NCBI GenBank assembly: GCA_002104905.1
Contig: MCFE01000293.1
Coordinates: 1 to 64,000 of the forward strand
DNA: 64,000 nt
Direction of reading: 5' to 3'
Source: Basidiobolus meristosporus CBS 931.73
Taxonomy: Eukaryota > Fungi > Basidiobolomycota
The notes under the pieces are model-generated. The model saw only the letters and a program-made list of their open reading frames with translations, made no database searches and was not told the origin of the DNA. Both the position numbers and the translations under genes were made by a program. This document shows, piece by piece, positions 9,706-21,326 of this stretch. The stretch's first letter is position 1; each line of letters opens with the position of its first letter.

Positions 9706-11735
9706 TAATGTGGCCAGGTATAAGTTTTTTACTCTTCATATGGATGTAAAAATTACATTCTTGAATGAGGGGCTTGATGAGAACATATACATGAACCAGG
9801 CTGATGAGTTTACTGGCCAAGAAAACCCCCATTTGATCTTCAAGCTTGAAAAACCTCTATATGGTCTGAAATAATAACCAAGAGCCTGGAATTGCAAGAG
9901 AGATTCTTATATAAATTTTGGAGTTTTCAAAGAAGTACTAATGACTATAGTATCTACTTTTGGATAGATAGAGCAGATCCAGTACTATTAACTATACATG
10001 TTGATGATCTTATCATAGCTGCCAATAACCAAGAAACATTAGAAGACATTATATCCAGTGTATCTAAGGAGTTCAAGATGTCTAATCTAGGAGAACTTGG
10101 CCACTACTTGGGAAAGTGCTCTCTATAGACAGTAGCCCCCAACTATCACCCTAAGCCAGTCCAAGCATATTCAAGTCATACTAAAGAACTAATAAGTGCA
10201 AGACTGTAAACCAGCAGCCACCCCAATGTAGACAAACCTAAACTTGGCAAAACTCAACCAAGTCAAGAATGCTTGGTGCTGTTGTGGTGGTGTATAGGTC
10301 CAAGGAAGAGATACGTCCAATACTTCTCAAGTGTTTTGTATGTGGGGTGTTCACTGGGTGCAATAACCTCTGGCAAAAGCTTGCTAGGAATACTTGGGTT
10401 CTGTCTCTAATCTAATGTGAAGGGGAATAAAGCCACAAGCTTGTCAGGGGAAAACTATTGAGCTACAATCCCCAACCTAGTTGGCATCTTAACAAAAGTA
10501 TGTGCTGGGTTCAGTGTCCTTTGAGATGACAATGTACTAAAGCTTCCAAAGTCAAAACAACTGTAAACTGCACCAGCAGGGACTTGATAAGAATGCAGCT
10601 GTGGTCAATAGTTACAAGGACAGAAAAGTATCTTTGCCTGTACAAGAACAAACTTGGGAAAGAATCAAATATAATAAAAGATACCTACTCTGAGTATTCC
10701 TCACAAGTAGTGCCTCCAAGGTCAGTTGGCTGTCAGCGCAGCTTCCTGGGAGTGTCCTGTGGTCTAGGGTTGGAAGTTCAGGTAGCAGCAGGTAGCAGTG
10801 ATCACACTAATCAACAAGTTGGTATATTGATAAAAGGGATGATGATTTATTGTTGAGGGATAGCCTCCCTTATATACTTTTCTCACTGGCTAAGTAATTA
10901 CTAATCATGGTATTCCAGAAGGTTCTGGATATCAATAGAAATCTTAATAACATCAGAATGACCTAAGCATGTTCTAAGTAGGTGCCAGAAGGTTACAAGA
11001 GGCACAGCATATCCAAGCAATCAGGAATCAGTATTCTGAAACCTGTTTAACATAGGGATACCATATATGGTATGGAAATGGTAGTGATGGTGACATGGGC
11101 TGATCATGTGTCATGGGTACTGGCATGGGTACTTGCCTAATATAAAAGTACTTATAGCTAGTAATCTTATATAAAGTGGGTGTAACTTATGCAATAAGGT
11201 AAGCAAGTGTGATAGTCAACCATCTTATGGGATAGTAGTGATTGGGTAAGACAAATGGGATAAAACTAAAATAAGTGTAGTAGAGATATAGGGAAGTGGA
11301 AAATAAGGGAATGAGCACATCTGTCAGTGGGTGTCACTGTCACCCCACTACACCGTCTGAAGACCCAGTATTCCCTTGCCAATTTATAGTTGGTAGTCTG
11401 CTGTATGATATGCATAGAACACATCCAGATGTCTCATATTCAGTGGGGGTTGTCAGCCAGCCTAATCAGAACTCTGCATCTGATCATATTGCAGCAGTTA
11501 AGAAACTCTTAGATACTTAAAAGGAGCTACTGATATCTGCTTAAGGCATACCAATAAGTATGCAGAACAAGATCTTGTGCAACACTCTGATACTGGTTAG
11601 GGGCAAAACTTAGAAGACCAAAGATCCACAACAAGATACACCATTCTACACTGTGAAGGAGTTATTGTGTGAAATTCAGCAAAGCAGCCAACCATATCAC
11701 TTTCAACTATAGAAGCAGAGTATATGGCAACCTGC
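9706..11735 (+). pseudogene. Ty1/copia RT-RNaseH remnant (same family as 44700-49367), interrupted by the LTR at 10283-11352
   Basis: HMDVK.., LLTIHVDDLIIA, FKMSNLGELGHYLG, PDVSYSVGVVSQ, EAEYMA. Collinear with 47760-48720. Confidence 0.85.
10283..11352 (-). mobile_element. Solo LTR, family G (1070 bp), inverted relative to 6432-7501
   Basis: Reverse complement of 6432-7501 over the whole length. Flanks CTGT (10279-10282) and CCGT (11353-11356). Confidence 0.8.
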
Positions 11736-11963
11736 AAATATCAAAGAATACCAGTCAAGTTCCTTGCCAGGATATATTCAGAATACTTTCACCACAACAT
11801 GAGGTACTAAAACCATGAGATTTTCCAAAGTTGTCCCAACAGCCCCACACTTTGCACATATGCACTTGGAGCCTCTCTTAACATATTCTAGACACTTACT
11901 CTGCTATGATCAAGTAAAAGTATAAGTATTTCATTTACATTCAATAAATTATTGAGTCAAAAT
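11736..11963 (+). repeat. Truncated copia LTR (family 1) fragment
   Basis: Similar to the middle of LTR 44700-45049 (AAAGTTGTCC..CAGCCCC..CTTTGCACA..ACATTCAATAAA). Confidence 0.6.
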
Positions 11964-12308
11964 TGTTGCAACATTCTGAGTATTAGAGACAATGTGGAAG
12001 ATCAGAGGAGTTACATGTTATTTGCTGGTTTATTTATTGATCACAAGTATGGCATTTATACTGTCAATATTGTAGAGCAAACAAATATGTAAATCTGTCA
12101 AGGATGGTCCTAAGAATATGAATGCAAAGGTAGGGATTTTTTGGACAACTTTGAGAAAGGTCATAATCTGAGTAACTAATAGTTTGGTGAAGATACTTTA
12201 AGTACATCCCAACAAGAGGTTTGGTCAGGACAGAATGCTGAGTACAAGATAAGATCTATGTGACTAAGTTACTATAAACATTTAGATGACAACTTTATAA
12301 TTACAACA
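11964..12308 (-). repeat. Diverged family-1-like copia LTR
   Basis: On - it starts TGTTGTAATT and ends ..GTTGCAACA, ~345 bp. It shares TTAGTCAC.TAGATC and AAAGTTGTCCAAA blocks and is preceded by a PPT-like GAGTGATAG. Confidence 0.55.
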
Positions 12309-13445
12309 CTATCACTCATCAAAATATCCATAAGTAATAAGTACATATGAGTGTGTACAATCTGTAATAACTGTATAAAGTTTAACTATGTTGCATACTG
12401 GACCAACATAGTATCTAACAGTATATTTATTTGTGTTCAACTTATCTGGACAAGTAACTTGTAGCTCAATGTGCATATCTACTTCAGAGTATGCTTAAAC
12501 ACCAGATTGATCTGATCAAAATGATGATTGTGAGCTTTGATCACTTGCATGGGCTTGAACATTGAGCTGAGTCTGCTTGTCAGACTGGAGTAATGCTAAA
12601 TAGTCTCTGGGCTACTCTATGCTTCTTACTTGAGCAAAATTGGCCTACTATTGGTTAATCTAAGATTTTGTCTTTTATGCAGATCTGGAGTTTCCTTATT
12701 TCTGGGTGACAGTCTGATTCACTCAGACAACTTCACTCTATATCTCTCTTAGGCCCAGTTACAGTTACCTCTATTGCAGAGACTCCGTATGAGGTAGGGA
12801 ATATTGACCTAAATTGGACTAAGTCAAGGTTTAGTCATTTACACCTGATCAAGATTATATGCATTTCCTGGCAGTGTGGCCCATACACCATGGCCAAAAA
12901 AAGCTTTTGGTCAACTCAGAGCTGTGATGGCATGCTCTCACTTGACCTGCATCTGTTTAGTGAGTCAGAGCCACAAAAATGATATAGAGTGGTCATCTTT
13001 GTCTTCCTTTAGTAGCAACAACTTTCTTGGCACTGATTACTTTACTTATAGTAGACTCAAAGTTCAATTGCATCTTGATTTGCCCAGTGTGGTATCAGAC
13101 AATGCCATTAGTTGTTTGTTAGCTATGCTTAGAGTGCTATTACTGCATTGGACTGATACAACTGCTTTTGCTTTATCAGTATATACTTGTAGAACAGAGA
13201 TTGGCACTTTTCCACCAGTCAGATTCAACTTAAAGAAGGCTTTGAATATCCATATTCTCCTGATAGTTACTTTTGACCTTGTGCTTGGTTCACAAGGCTA
13301 ACTGATATTTTCAGTGTTTTCAAAATCCATAAAAACCATCTGGTTGATTCTTGCACCTTTTTCTTTCAACTTCATAGGCAGGAGTCATCAAGACTTCAGC
13401 ATTAGGTAATCTACCCCAATACATACTATAATATCTGGCAGATCC

Positions 13446-13703
13446 TGTTGAAGCTAAGGGCTCTTTTAAGGTTTCTGGTTTGAGATCTATTATAGTAGTA
13501 GTTTATACCTCTACATGGTCCTGACAATACAGACATGTAGAATAAGCTTAAGAGGGGTCCTAGAAGCATGCTTGCAAGATTGGACTGGTTTGGACAATGT
13601 TGTGATTTTTACATACTGCATAGCTAAGGAATTTGGGCAAAACACTCAAAGATTTGTAGTTAATAGTCCATGTGACTACAACAGGCAAGTGATTAGGTAT
13701 AGC
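13446..13703 (-). repeat. Diverged family-1-like copia LTR fragment
   Basis: TTGTCCAAAC..GGACC..ACCATGTA..GTATAAA blocks shared with the family-1 LTR; ends TTCAACA on -. Confidence 0.45.
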
Positions 13704-14399
13704 TGTTATATTCAAGAGAAAAGTGTAATTAAACTCCTGAAAGGTATAACTGAGCCCCATGGACAACTAAGTGCAGAATCTTAGAATTGTCAGAGAGTGG
13801 CAGAAATATTAGCAGAGAAATTATGGTCTAGTATTGGTCTTTTATATAGCTATGCTTGGCTATAAAGGCAACAGAGTTGGTAAGCTATACAGGCCAGGCC
13901 TGTTGTTCTTAGGAGTGCTAGATATGCTAGGTTTGGGTAGAAGCTAGAATGGAATTGTGGGATTATTAACTTTGCTGAGACACAATCTTAATTTTGTTGA
14001 GACACACCAAACCAGAAGTTTCAGTAAGCTTAACTTGTACTTTTCTGTTCAAGTTGAATTAGTAAGTGCCAAGAGACTGAATTAATTGAAATCAGTTTGG
14101 GTGTTGATAGATGCATAAGATAAGCAAAAATTGCATCATCAATCAGCTGATGTCTTGGCAACTGCTCCATGGTCAAATAAATCTTAGCTGACTAATTGCT
14201 TGGAAAGGCTTAGCATATCAAGTGAGGACATAATGATCACATGAAAATTGATCAGGTGTGACAGCTAAAAGCAGATTCTGAGAAGTGGCAAAATAAACCA
14301 CAACTGGGATAAGTCATGTTGGGATTAGGGAAAATCAGGTAGGGTACTAATCTTTTAGCTGAGTAAAGTTGGCTAAGTTTTCAATGTCAATGCACTACA
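13704..14399 (+). mobile_element. Solo LTR, family 4 (~700 bp)
   Basis: Collinear with 49560-50256 (AAGTGCAGAATCTTAGAATTGTCAGAGAGTGGCAGAAATATTAGCAG is identical). TG...CA ends; no TSD recognisable. Confidence 0.7.
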
Positions 14400-15160
14400 C
14401 AGACCATCCACCAATATTTGCAGAGGAATAATCTACAGCTTTCCATTACAAAGACAATACCTTTGGGATGTACTATCAGCCTAGAGAATTGCACTCTACC
14501 TGCTCAGGTTTTGGCTACATATCTTGGCCTTCCTTTCCTTCCTATTAGACTAGACTTTAGAGCACACTTGTTGAAGAATAATATACTGGCAAGACAGGCA
14601 CTGCACAAGCAACTAACTGTTACTCCTCCTACAATATTAGCCCCCAGCCACCTCCTTCTACTCAAGTAGTTTGCCTTCACTGTCTTGGAACTTGGCTTAC
14701 CACTTCTCCCACTTACTTCTAGACACTGTACTAAGCTTGGCAAGTTTGCAGTCTGGTGCATTACCTCCTTAATGCCTCATCTGCCTGGATGCCCATATAG
14801 ACATGCAACTCTTGGAGCTTTTGGGTTTATGCCCTACAAGATCAGACTACTTTACTCTAGAACCAGATTATATCTCTGACTTCATTGCTGCTACAATGCA
14901 CTAATCAAGGCCTGGAAGGGAACTCACCACACCATTCCTGGCTCCTACTGGGGAACTACACATGGAGGTTCAGATGTCAAGAAGTTTGCTCAAGATATGC
15001 TGCAGTCAGAAGAACCCAAGCTGGCCTACCCAAAGTACTTCACAGACCTTTGGCAGCAATATAGGAAGCAGCACACTCCCTTTGTGATGGTCATCAATCC
15101 ATATCATACTTTCCTTATTAATGTAGCTCACAAATTATTCTTACCCCTCTTGCTACCTCC
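14400..15160 (+). pseudogene. Possible 3-prime remnant of a non-LTR retrotransposon (C-terminal Cys/His region)
   Basis: CLICLDAHID.....LCPTR at ~14770-14830 loosely resembles the LINE C-terminal zinc-binding motif; heavily decayed. Confidence 0.3.
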
Positions 15161-15162
15161 CT

Positions 15163-15450
15163 TCCCACTGAACTGTGTCCTAATGATGCAGGTATTCTGA
15201 TGGTATTTTGCTGGTATTTAGCTGGTGTTTTTGGTTCACAATTTCAAATGCAATTTTTGATCAAAGTAATGAGCAGCTAATTGCCAAATTTGGCATGGAT
15301 GCTAGTTGGCCTAGTCTCCTCCTGGAGACTTTATTTGCTTGCCTGTCCATCAGCTAACAACAGAGATATTGAGAGTGGTCAATTTTGAAAAATATGGGAT
15401 TCAGCTGATAATATGATGGCATTTTGCTGGCCTTTTCTAAGAAGAGTATT
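15163..15450 (-). repeat. Diverged copy of the small CCCTA-ended element at 44330-44650
   Basis: 15200-15360 is the reverse complement of 44420-44590 (GCTAGTTGGCCTAGTCTCCTCCTGGAG shared); ends decayed. Confidence 0.6.
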
Positions 15451-15487
15451 TGATAAATGCTTGAATCCAAGTAAGGCAAGTCACTGT

Positions 15488-15820
15488 TGTTGTAAAAGCT
15501 TGTGCCTCCACCTATATATTCACCTAGCTTAGTCACTTAGATCATTACCTACAAATCTTGGTGAATACTGACTAAATTCCTTGTTGGATTTTACTTAAAA
15601 TATTTTCACCAAAACATGAAAATTCCCAAAGTTGTCCAGAGAGCCCCAAACTTTGTGCACATGTTCTTGGGATCTTCCTTGACCTATTCAAAGTGTTTGT
15701 TACTCCAAGAGCATGTATAAGTACAAATACCACTTTTACATTCAATAAATCATTAGGTAAAAACCACAAGATCTACTTGTTCTCTCAATCACTTCCAATA
15801 TCTCCAAGACTCTTGCAACA
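15488..15820 (+). mobile_element. Solo copia LTR, family 1
   Basis: TGTTGTAAAA...CTCTTGCAACA, collinear with 44700-45049; TSD not confirmed. Confidence 0.8.
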
Positions 15821-18436
15821 GAAACAGTCCCTCTTTGCTGCACAGATACAGTGCAAGATATACTCACTGGACCTAATCAAACAGCACTATGTCTTGTTTT
15901 TCCTCTGTGTCTCTGTGGTATTAGTACAATGTAGCCCTTGTCAATAGCATTGCCACAGCCAGGCAGGTCCTATATGAGCTTCTTATTGTTGTATGTCCTG
16001 ACACCCTGGTCCAGAAAATTTCCCTTCTTCTAAAGCAATATACACTTCTTGTACTTGAGCTGGGTGATTGCCTTCTTCCACTCTCCACCCATTATTCCCA
16101 CCATAGAGATAAGTCTCTCAATCATTGTATTAGGGCTATAGTCCCTGACTTGCCAGAATCCCTTTATGTGCATGCACTGAATGGGATCTTTTAGTTCTAC
16201 ATGAACCAAATCCATATAATCCTCCTTAAAGCTTCCTTCCAGGTGAAGCTCCAGCAGTCCAGTAATCCACTAGTTAAACAATGGCTTTATCAGTAACACT
16301 CTCATAAGTCTTCCTGTTAGCATATCTTCACCAACTCGGCTCCAGTTACTGAGCTATCTACAAAGTTGCTGAAAGCAGAAAAGCCCAAGGATGTGGCCCT
16401 TAACCACCTTGTTGCACTTTGGTAAAGTTACCTAAAAGCTCATATCCCTTTCCTTGACAATATGATTTCAGGCATTTGCTGGAAATTCATTATATGGGCC
16501 AGTGTCACTTAAAATTTGTGATTCCTCCAAAACCCCTGAGCTTTCTCTTCTTGCAAGAAGAACTTCATTTAATTCAGTGCTATATTACCCAAGAAACAAA
16601 GTTAAAGCCAGATTATATACTTGAGAGATTCAAAAACTCGTAGCAAGCTTCTTTATTGTTTAGCTTTAGTGATTTTTGTGACTACTTAAAAAATTAAAAA
16701 TATCACCATAATGGTGACTTTCCCCTCCCTATTTTGCAGAAGTTTCCTTGATATACTGTACCTTCCCACAGCTAATTCAATGGATAAAAAGAGCAACACT
16801 CCAGATTAAGATTTATATCTGTGCACTGCTGCTGGATGCTTTTTTGAAACGCTTTGGATGGTAGATGTTGGCATTATCCTAAGATTAAATTTCATTGCAT
16901 TTGCTCTCGCCAGCACGTTGACCTTTCCATGGCTGAGACAATCCTTGCAACGCAGTGTTGCTACCCAAAATACTTAAATACTCTAAAAGCTCCCTACGGT
17001 CAGGTGCGTAGACTTCTTTCACGGATAGTTGATAAGGGCGTGAGAATGACGGTTGGGGAAAATATGCTGGGATAGTCTATGTAGCCAAAGGGTATATTTT
17101 TATGGAAACTGAAGGTCTTGCGAAGTAGGGATGGTTACCTTGCTGGGTGCAGACTATTTCGAATGACTGGCTCTGCACCTCATATTCAACTGCGCCCTCC
17201 TCGCTCGCGAGAAATTTCTGGAAGGATCCCAATTCAAAATGACCGACCCGAAGTTGTTCCACGTTGAGAGGACACGGAGGTGGCCATCCTTTGGCCCCTC
17301 TAATGTTGAAGGAGAATTTACAAGTTGATTTCTGACCGTCAAACTGGTTGAGAGACGACCCCTGAATTGGTTGGGAATTTCCGAATCAAGTGTTGGGGCT
17401 GTACTACAGGGATGTGCAGGATTAATTGATTGTCAGCTGGAAAGCGCCAACTTGCTGTGCATATCTTTGTACAAGACCCGCTAGTGAAAATACAAAACCT
17501 GGCTGACGATTGGGTTGAGATTAAACATGCAATCGAACCAATGCGATGATTACTTGTTGCCAGCGTTTGGCTGGTAGCCAACTATCGGACTTGCTTTTCA
17601 TCTTTCCCTGGGGATGCGGTAGTGCAAAGGACCCATGTTGCTGTATAGGCATTCGGATCTTTGCTATGATACTTCGCCACTGAGACTTGAAAGCCTGGTG
17701 GCAACCGAAGAATACCACCCCATATCCCTACCTCATGTGCTTCATGAGTAGCCTTCCATGCAGGTGCGCTGCGGTAGTAATGAGTCTATATCCTCCAGAC
17801 AGCCTGATACATCATTCGAGCATTGCTGGGAGACAGCCTGGCCCTGAGCCAAATCCAATCATAACACCAATATGAATAAATCATTGGTGTCACGCAGATA
17901 CCTGTAGAGTCATTAGAACATATAATATAGGCCCGTGTACAGTGTCTACAGATCTCGGAAGAGCCAAGCTGCCGCGACCTCTCTCTCACCAATGGCACAT
18001 ACATGCCCTGGTCTTCTTGTCCAGAGATAAGGGAAGCTGATGTCTCTCGAGTAGACCTGGGTTGATTGAGGGGAGGGGATCGAATCCATTGTGTCATTGT
18101 GATGGTTTCTGCATATGGGCATATTGCATCAGGTGACATCCAAGCCGTCATGGCACTTGTGTTTAGCTATCTATGGGTGGCTATTGTACCTGACCCAAAG
18201 TGACAAGGCCACTTGAGATGCATAGGCCCCCTACCGTCCCGTGAACGGTATGCAGCATGGAACTAAATATAGCTGAAGTGCGAACAGTGAGCCAAGTGCG
18301 ATTGACCTTTTACAGCATCAAGAGGACACCGACATATGACGATGTACTCAGATCCCAATGACGACTGATGTTGAGGAGATGATTTGGAGAGCAGCAGGAT
18401 CCCAAGCAAAGAGTCCCCAGTGTTCGAAAGTTTGTT

Positions 18437-19110
18437 TTGGCTTGGTTGGTCGGCGTCGTGGTAGGATTCGAACAAACGCCCACTGTAGCAGCCGAAACAC
18501 CTGCTTGTCAGCAAGCTAGCTCTATTAATAGTAGACCGAGTTCGATCTCTTGCTCGTATCCGGTACCGCGGCGGTACAGCTATATTGGTGTAAATTTCAC
18601 AATGCAATGCAATTTACGTAATGGCCCATGGTTCCCCCATCTAATATTAGATCCCGGTTCTTCGGATTGTTACCTCAAAATGGACACACTTCTGTTCGCC
18701 CTCAATTCCATGGCGTTCGCCGTGGATAATGTCACACACCTGAAATCAATGATGGCCATAACCATATTGCAATCATCAGATGACGAGTGGCCCGGCCAGA
18801 GAAAACGGAGCGGTCTACTTGGGCTCGGCTTGGCCAAATCAACCACCATGACTCTCAGCTTTGCGACCCGACAAGATGCCTGTCGACAGCTGCCAGCGAG
18901 GGATAGCGAGAGGCGTGAAGGACGGGGTTGAATGATGCTACACCTGGGATTCGACAACCAGTGGAGGGCGGTAGGATGCGCTACATTTAGAGTTGCGATT
19001 GTTCACCTGAATCACTCTTTATGGTCCTTGTTACTCAGAGAAATCGTGTCACGCCAGATGGTCATATATTTCGACTGATCGCTTGCTAGGTGAGGATCTT
19101 TCCCTTCCAC
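18437..19110 (+). pseudogene. Degenerate pepsin-like aspartic protease-like sequence
   Basis: LILDPGSSD (cf. DTGSSD), GLLGLG (cf. DGILGLG) and downstream VIYFD*SLAR*G (cf. the C-terminal YvvFD...riG). No second DTG motif found. Confidence 0.35.
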
Positions 19111-19295
19111 CTTCGAATCCGCCCTCCTCGCCGCGGTTCTCGACAATCTTGCGGGCCTTCCCATTGTAAAAAGTCCTGGTATCTTTGAGTTTTCCCTCGG
19201 AGTCTGGCACTCCGAATCTCTCCCCTGTGGCATTCCCCCCGTACGTTGTACCTTTTGTATCATTCCCTAAATAATTTAATTCCCCCGTTCGAGAG

Positions 19296-20432
19296 ATGGT
19301 GGTGGAATGGAGCGAATTCGATGTTGCCCTGGGCGTCATCAACGGTATCTCCCTCCTTTTCTCCGTCGTTGGTTTCGCCCTGTTCCTCGGGCTGATCCTG
19401 TCCCCCAAGATGAGGGTGCAACGGGTTTCCTTTCGCACAGCGGGCGTTCTACTGTTCATCAACGTGGCGCACCACACCACAGAGATTTTGTGTAGGGCTT
19501 GGCGGGAGCAGCCTGGGTTCTGCGGAGCCATCGCGTGGCTGAACGTTTTCACGGCCTCTTGGTTACTCCTGGTTGGTGGACTGGTGGCGTACAATCTGAT
19601 CTACGTCTATGTCGGTCGCCAGAAAGTCACCCAGCCCCGGGAGATCGCCTACCACGCCGGGACCCTGTTGGCATCCATTCTGCTGGGAGTGCCGGGGATA
19701 TTTCTTCATCGGTTTGGGTACGACTCGGCGGGCAGGGTGTGCGGGTACCTGGCCGGCGGTGACTTACCTGCCAAGATGGCCGACTGGTTCACCATGTTCG
19801 GTTGGTTGACGTTCAGTATCGTGTTCGCGATTACCATCACGCTGAGGATTCGGGTCGATATTCATCGCAAGAGGCTGTACTCCCACCGTAGTGAGTTGGA
19901 ATTTCAAGTGCTAGTTCAACGCGTGAGCTATTATCCCACCCTAACCGCCATGATTGGGTTGCTACGCTGCATTGTCAGCAGCACTCCAGAGGCGCCGACC
20001 GTCCTGAAGCAGATCTGCTTTCTGGTGTATAGTGTCCAAGGCATACTCTATCTGCTGTTGTTCCTGTCCGACCCTGATATCAAGGCGGCCCTGAGGGAGA
20101 TCAAGGACACCCTTGTATACAAGTATGAGTTTCGACGGGAGATTCATCCCCAGCCCAACCAGCAGCAAACCTGGTTCCACAAACGGTTACGCAAACTCTG
20201 GAGCCGGTTGCCGGCTGACTCCGACGAGCTCTACATTCGATCAGCACGCCCCGGGGCTTACTCCGTGTATAGAGAGAGCACCTACTCCTTGCCGACCGTT
20301 CCAACCAGTGTATTCTATGCCTCCCATTCCCGGTCTTTTGGGCAAGAATCGGTCGACAGTTTGCTGGGGCTACCCAGGATTCCCAAGATGAGCTGGAAGC
20401 CCCAGGAGAACGAATTGTTCCGCATGGTCTAG
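19296..20432 (+). CDS. 7-TM G-protein-coupled receptor, cAMP-receptor/Git3-like, single exon, 378 aa
   Basis: Seven hydrophobic segments, RVSFR after TM1, Cys in ECL1/ECL2, RVSYYP in TM6, and QG...FLSDPDIKAAL in TM7. Confidence 0.85.
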   Translation: MVVEWSEFDVALGVINGISLLFSVVGFALFLGLILSPKMRVQRVSFRTAGVLLFINVAHHTTEILCRAWREQPGFCGAIAWLNVFTASWLLLVGGLVAYNLIYVYVGRQKVTQPREIAYHAGTLLASILLGVPGIFLHRFGYDSAGRVCGYLAGGDLPAKMADWFTMFGWLTFSIVFAITITLRIRVDIHRKRLYSHRSELEFQVLVQRVSYYPTLTAMIGLLRCIVSSTPEAPTVLKQICFLVYSVQGILYLLLFLSDPDIKAALREIKDTLVYKYEFRREIHPQPNQQQTWFHKRLRKLWSRLPADSDELYIRSARPGAYSVYRESTYSLPTVPTSVFYASHSRSFGQESVDSLLGLPRIPKMSWKPQENELFRMV

Positions 20433-21326
20433 GCCCAATGAACCTTCCGATGCGGAGCCAACCCCTCCTTGACTAATGTACCACCTTTCCTATGAACTTT
20501 GTAATCTACGAACCCTTTACGTCGCTGCTCATAAGCCACTGCAAGCCCGAATCCCCCTCGTTTAAATAAAGGAACTTACTGTAAAGCAAGGATCATCAGT
20601 ACCACCAGAGGAGATCTTCCCGAAGGCTGATGCTGATCGAACCTGGATGTCCTGCTTTCGTACAGCTTGGTTGCAGTTTATCCCTCAAGGACCCATGTCT
20701 ACAGTGGCATGTGCTTTTATGGCGATCCGCCGATAGCGGGCCATATCAATGGTCATTCACTGCCACTTGCGGAGTCCCACCCCCCCCGCCTTGAAATCGT
20801 TACCATGGGTGTGCTGGATGGATCAAAACCCACCTCATTCATTCGACAAGAAGGCCTCTATATGTTTCTATTGAAAGGAGATGTGATCGTGAGGGATTTA
20901 TCCTGCAAATATACATGAGTATACGATAGTGATGTATTGTGTGGGTGACGTATAGATTATGTCAATCGCCAAGGCAAGATGGGAGGCACTCCTGTACATA
21001 CGGAGCGGAGGTGGGATGGGGAAGGGGGTCCATGTTTGGCAGAATGCATGATTCCATCGAAAGCTATACTATAAATTATCAAGGAAACAAAATGAGGTTA
21101 TGGGAAGGAATACAAGGCTGTGGGAACCGCTCCGTTCATCCACCGACCCGATTCGCGTCATAGGTGGCTTGGCTCGTTCCTCAGAGAGGGATAGGCTCCG
21201 GTCGAAATGCCGCAATCTCCATCGATTCGGTGGGGGGGGGGGTTATGGCGAATAATAAAAATAAAGACTGAGAGGTGTACTGGGCGGCCCAACAAGGAGA
21301 ACAGCGTATGGTCCGTGGCAATAGGC

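Noticed and set aside
6432-11352. Composite transposon made of two LTRs around a transposase
   Set aside because: Each LTR has its own TSD, and the transposase belongs to the separately bounded 4850-9336 element.
6880-11520. Repeated short ORFs (VPPRSVGCQ.., MSTSVSGCHCHPTT.., LPEVIAPSEHPTHK..)
   Set aside because: They recur only because they lie inside family-G LTR copies; no coding evidence.
11964-11973. Palindrome TGTTGCAACA as a fused LTR-LTR junction
   Set aside because: It is simply the end of the minus-strand LTR; the plus-strand LTR is truncated just before it.
15830-16600. Possible LINE RT remnant on -
   Set aside because: Only vague motif resemblance; no YADD/QG-type motif located.
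16850-18400. Short ORFs in CpG-normal sequence at the left island edge
   Set aside because: I could not assemble a spliced model or recognise a domain; left unannotated.
18460-18475. B-box-like GTTCGAATCC on - near the island edge (possible tRNA or TFIIIC boundary site)
   Set aside because: No cloverleaf or A-box found; a single 10-mer is expected by chance.
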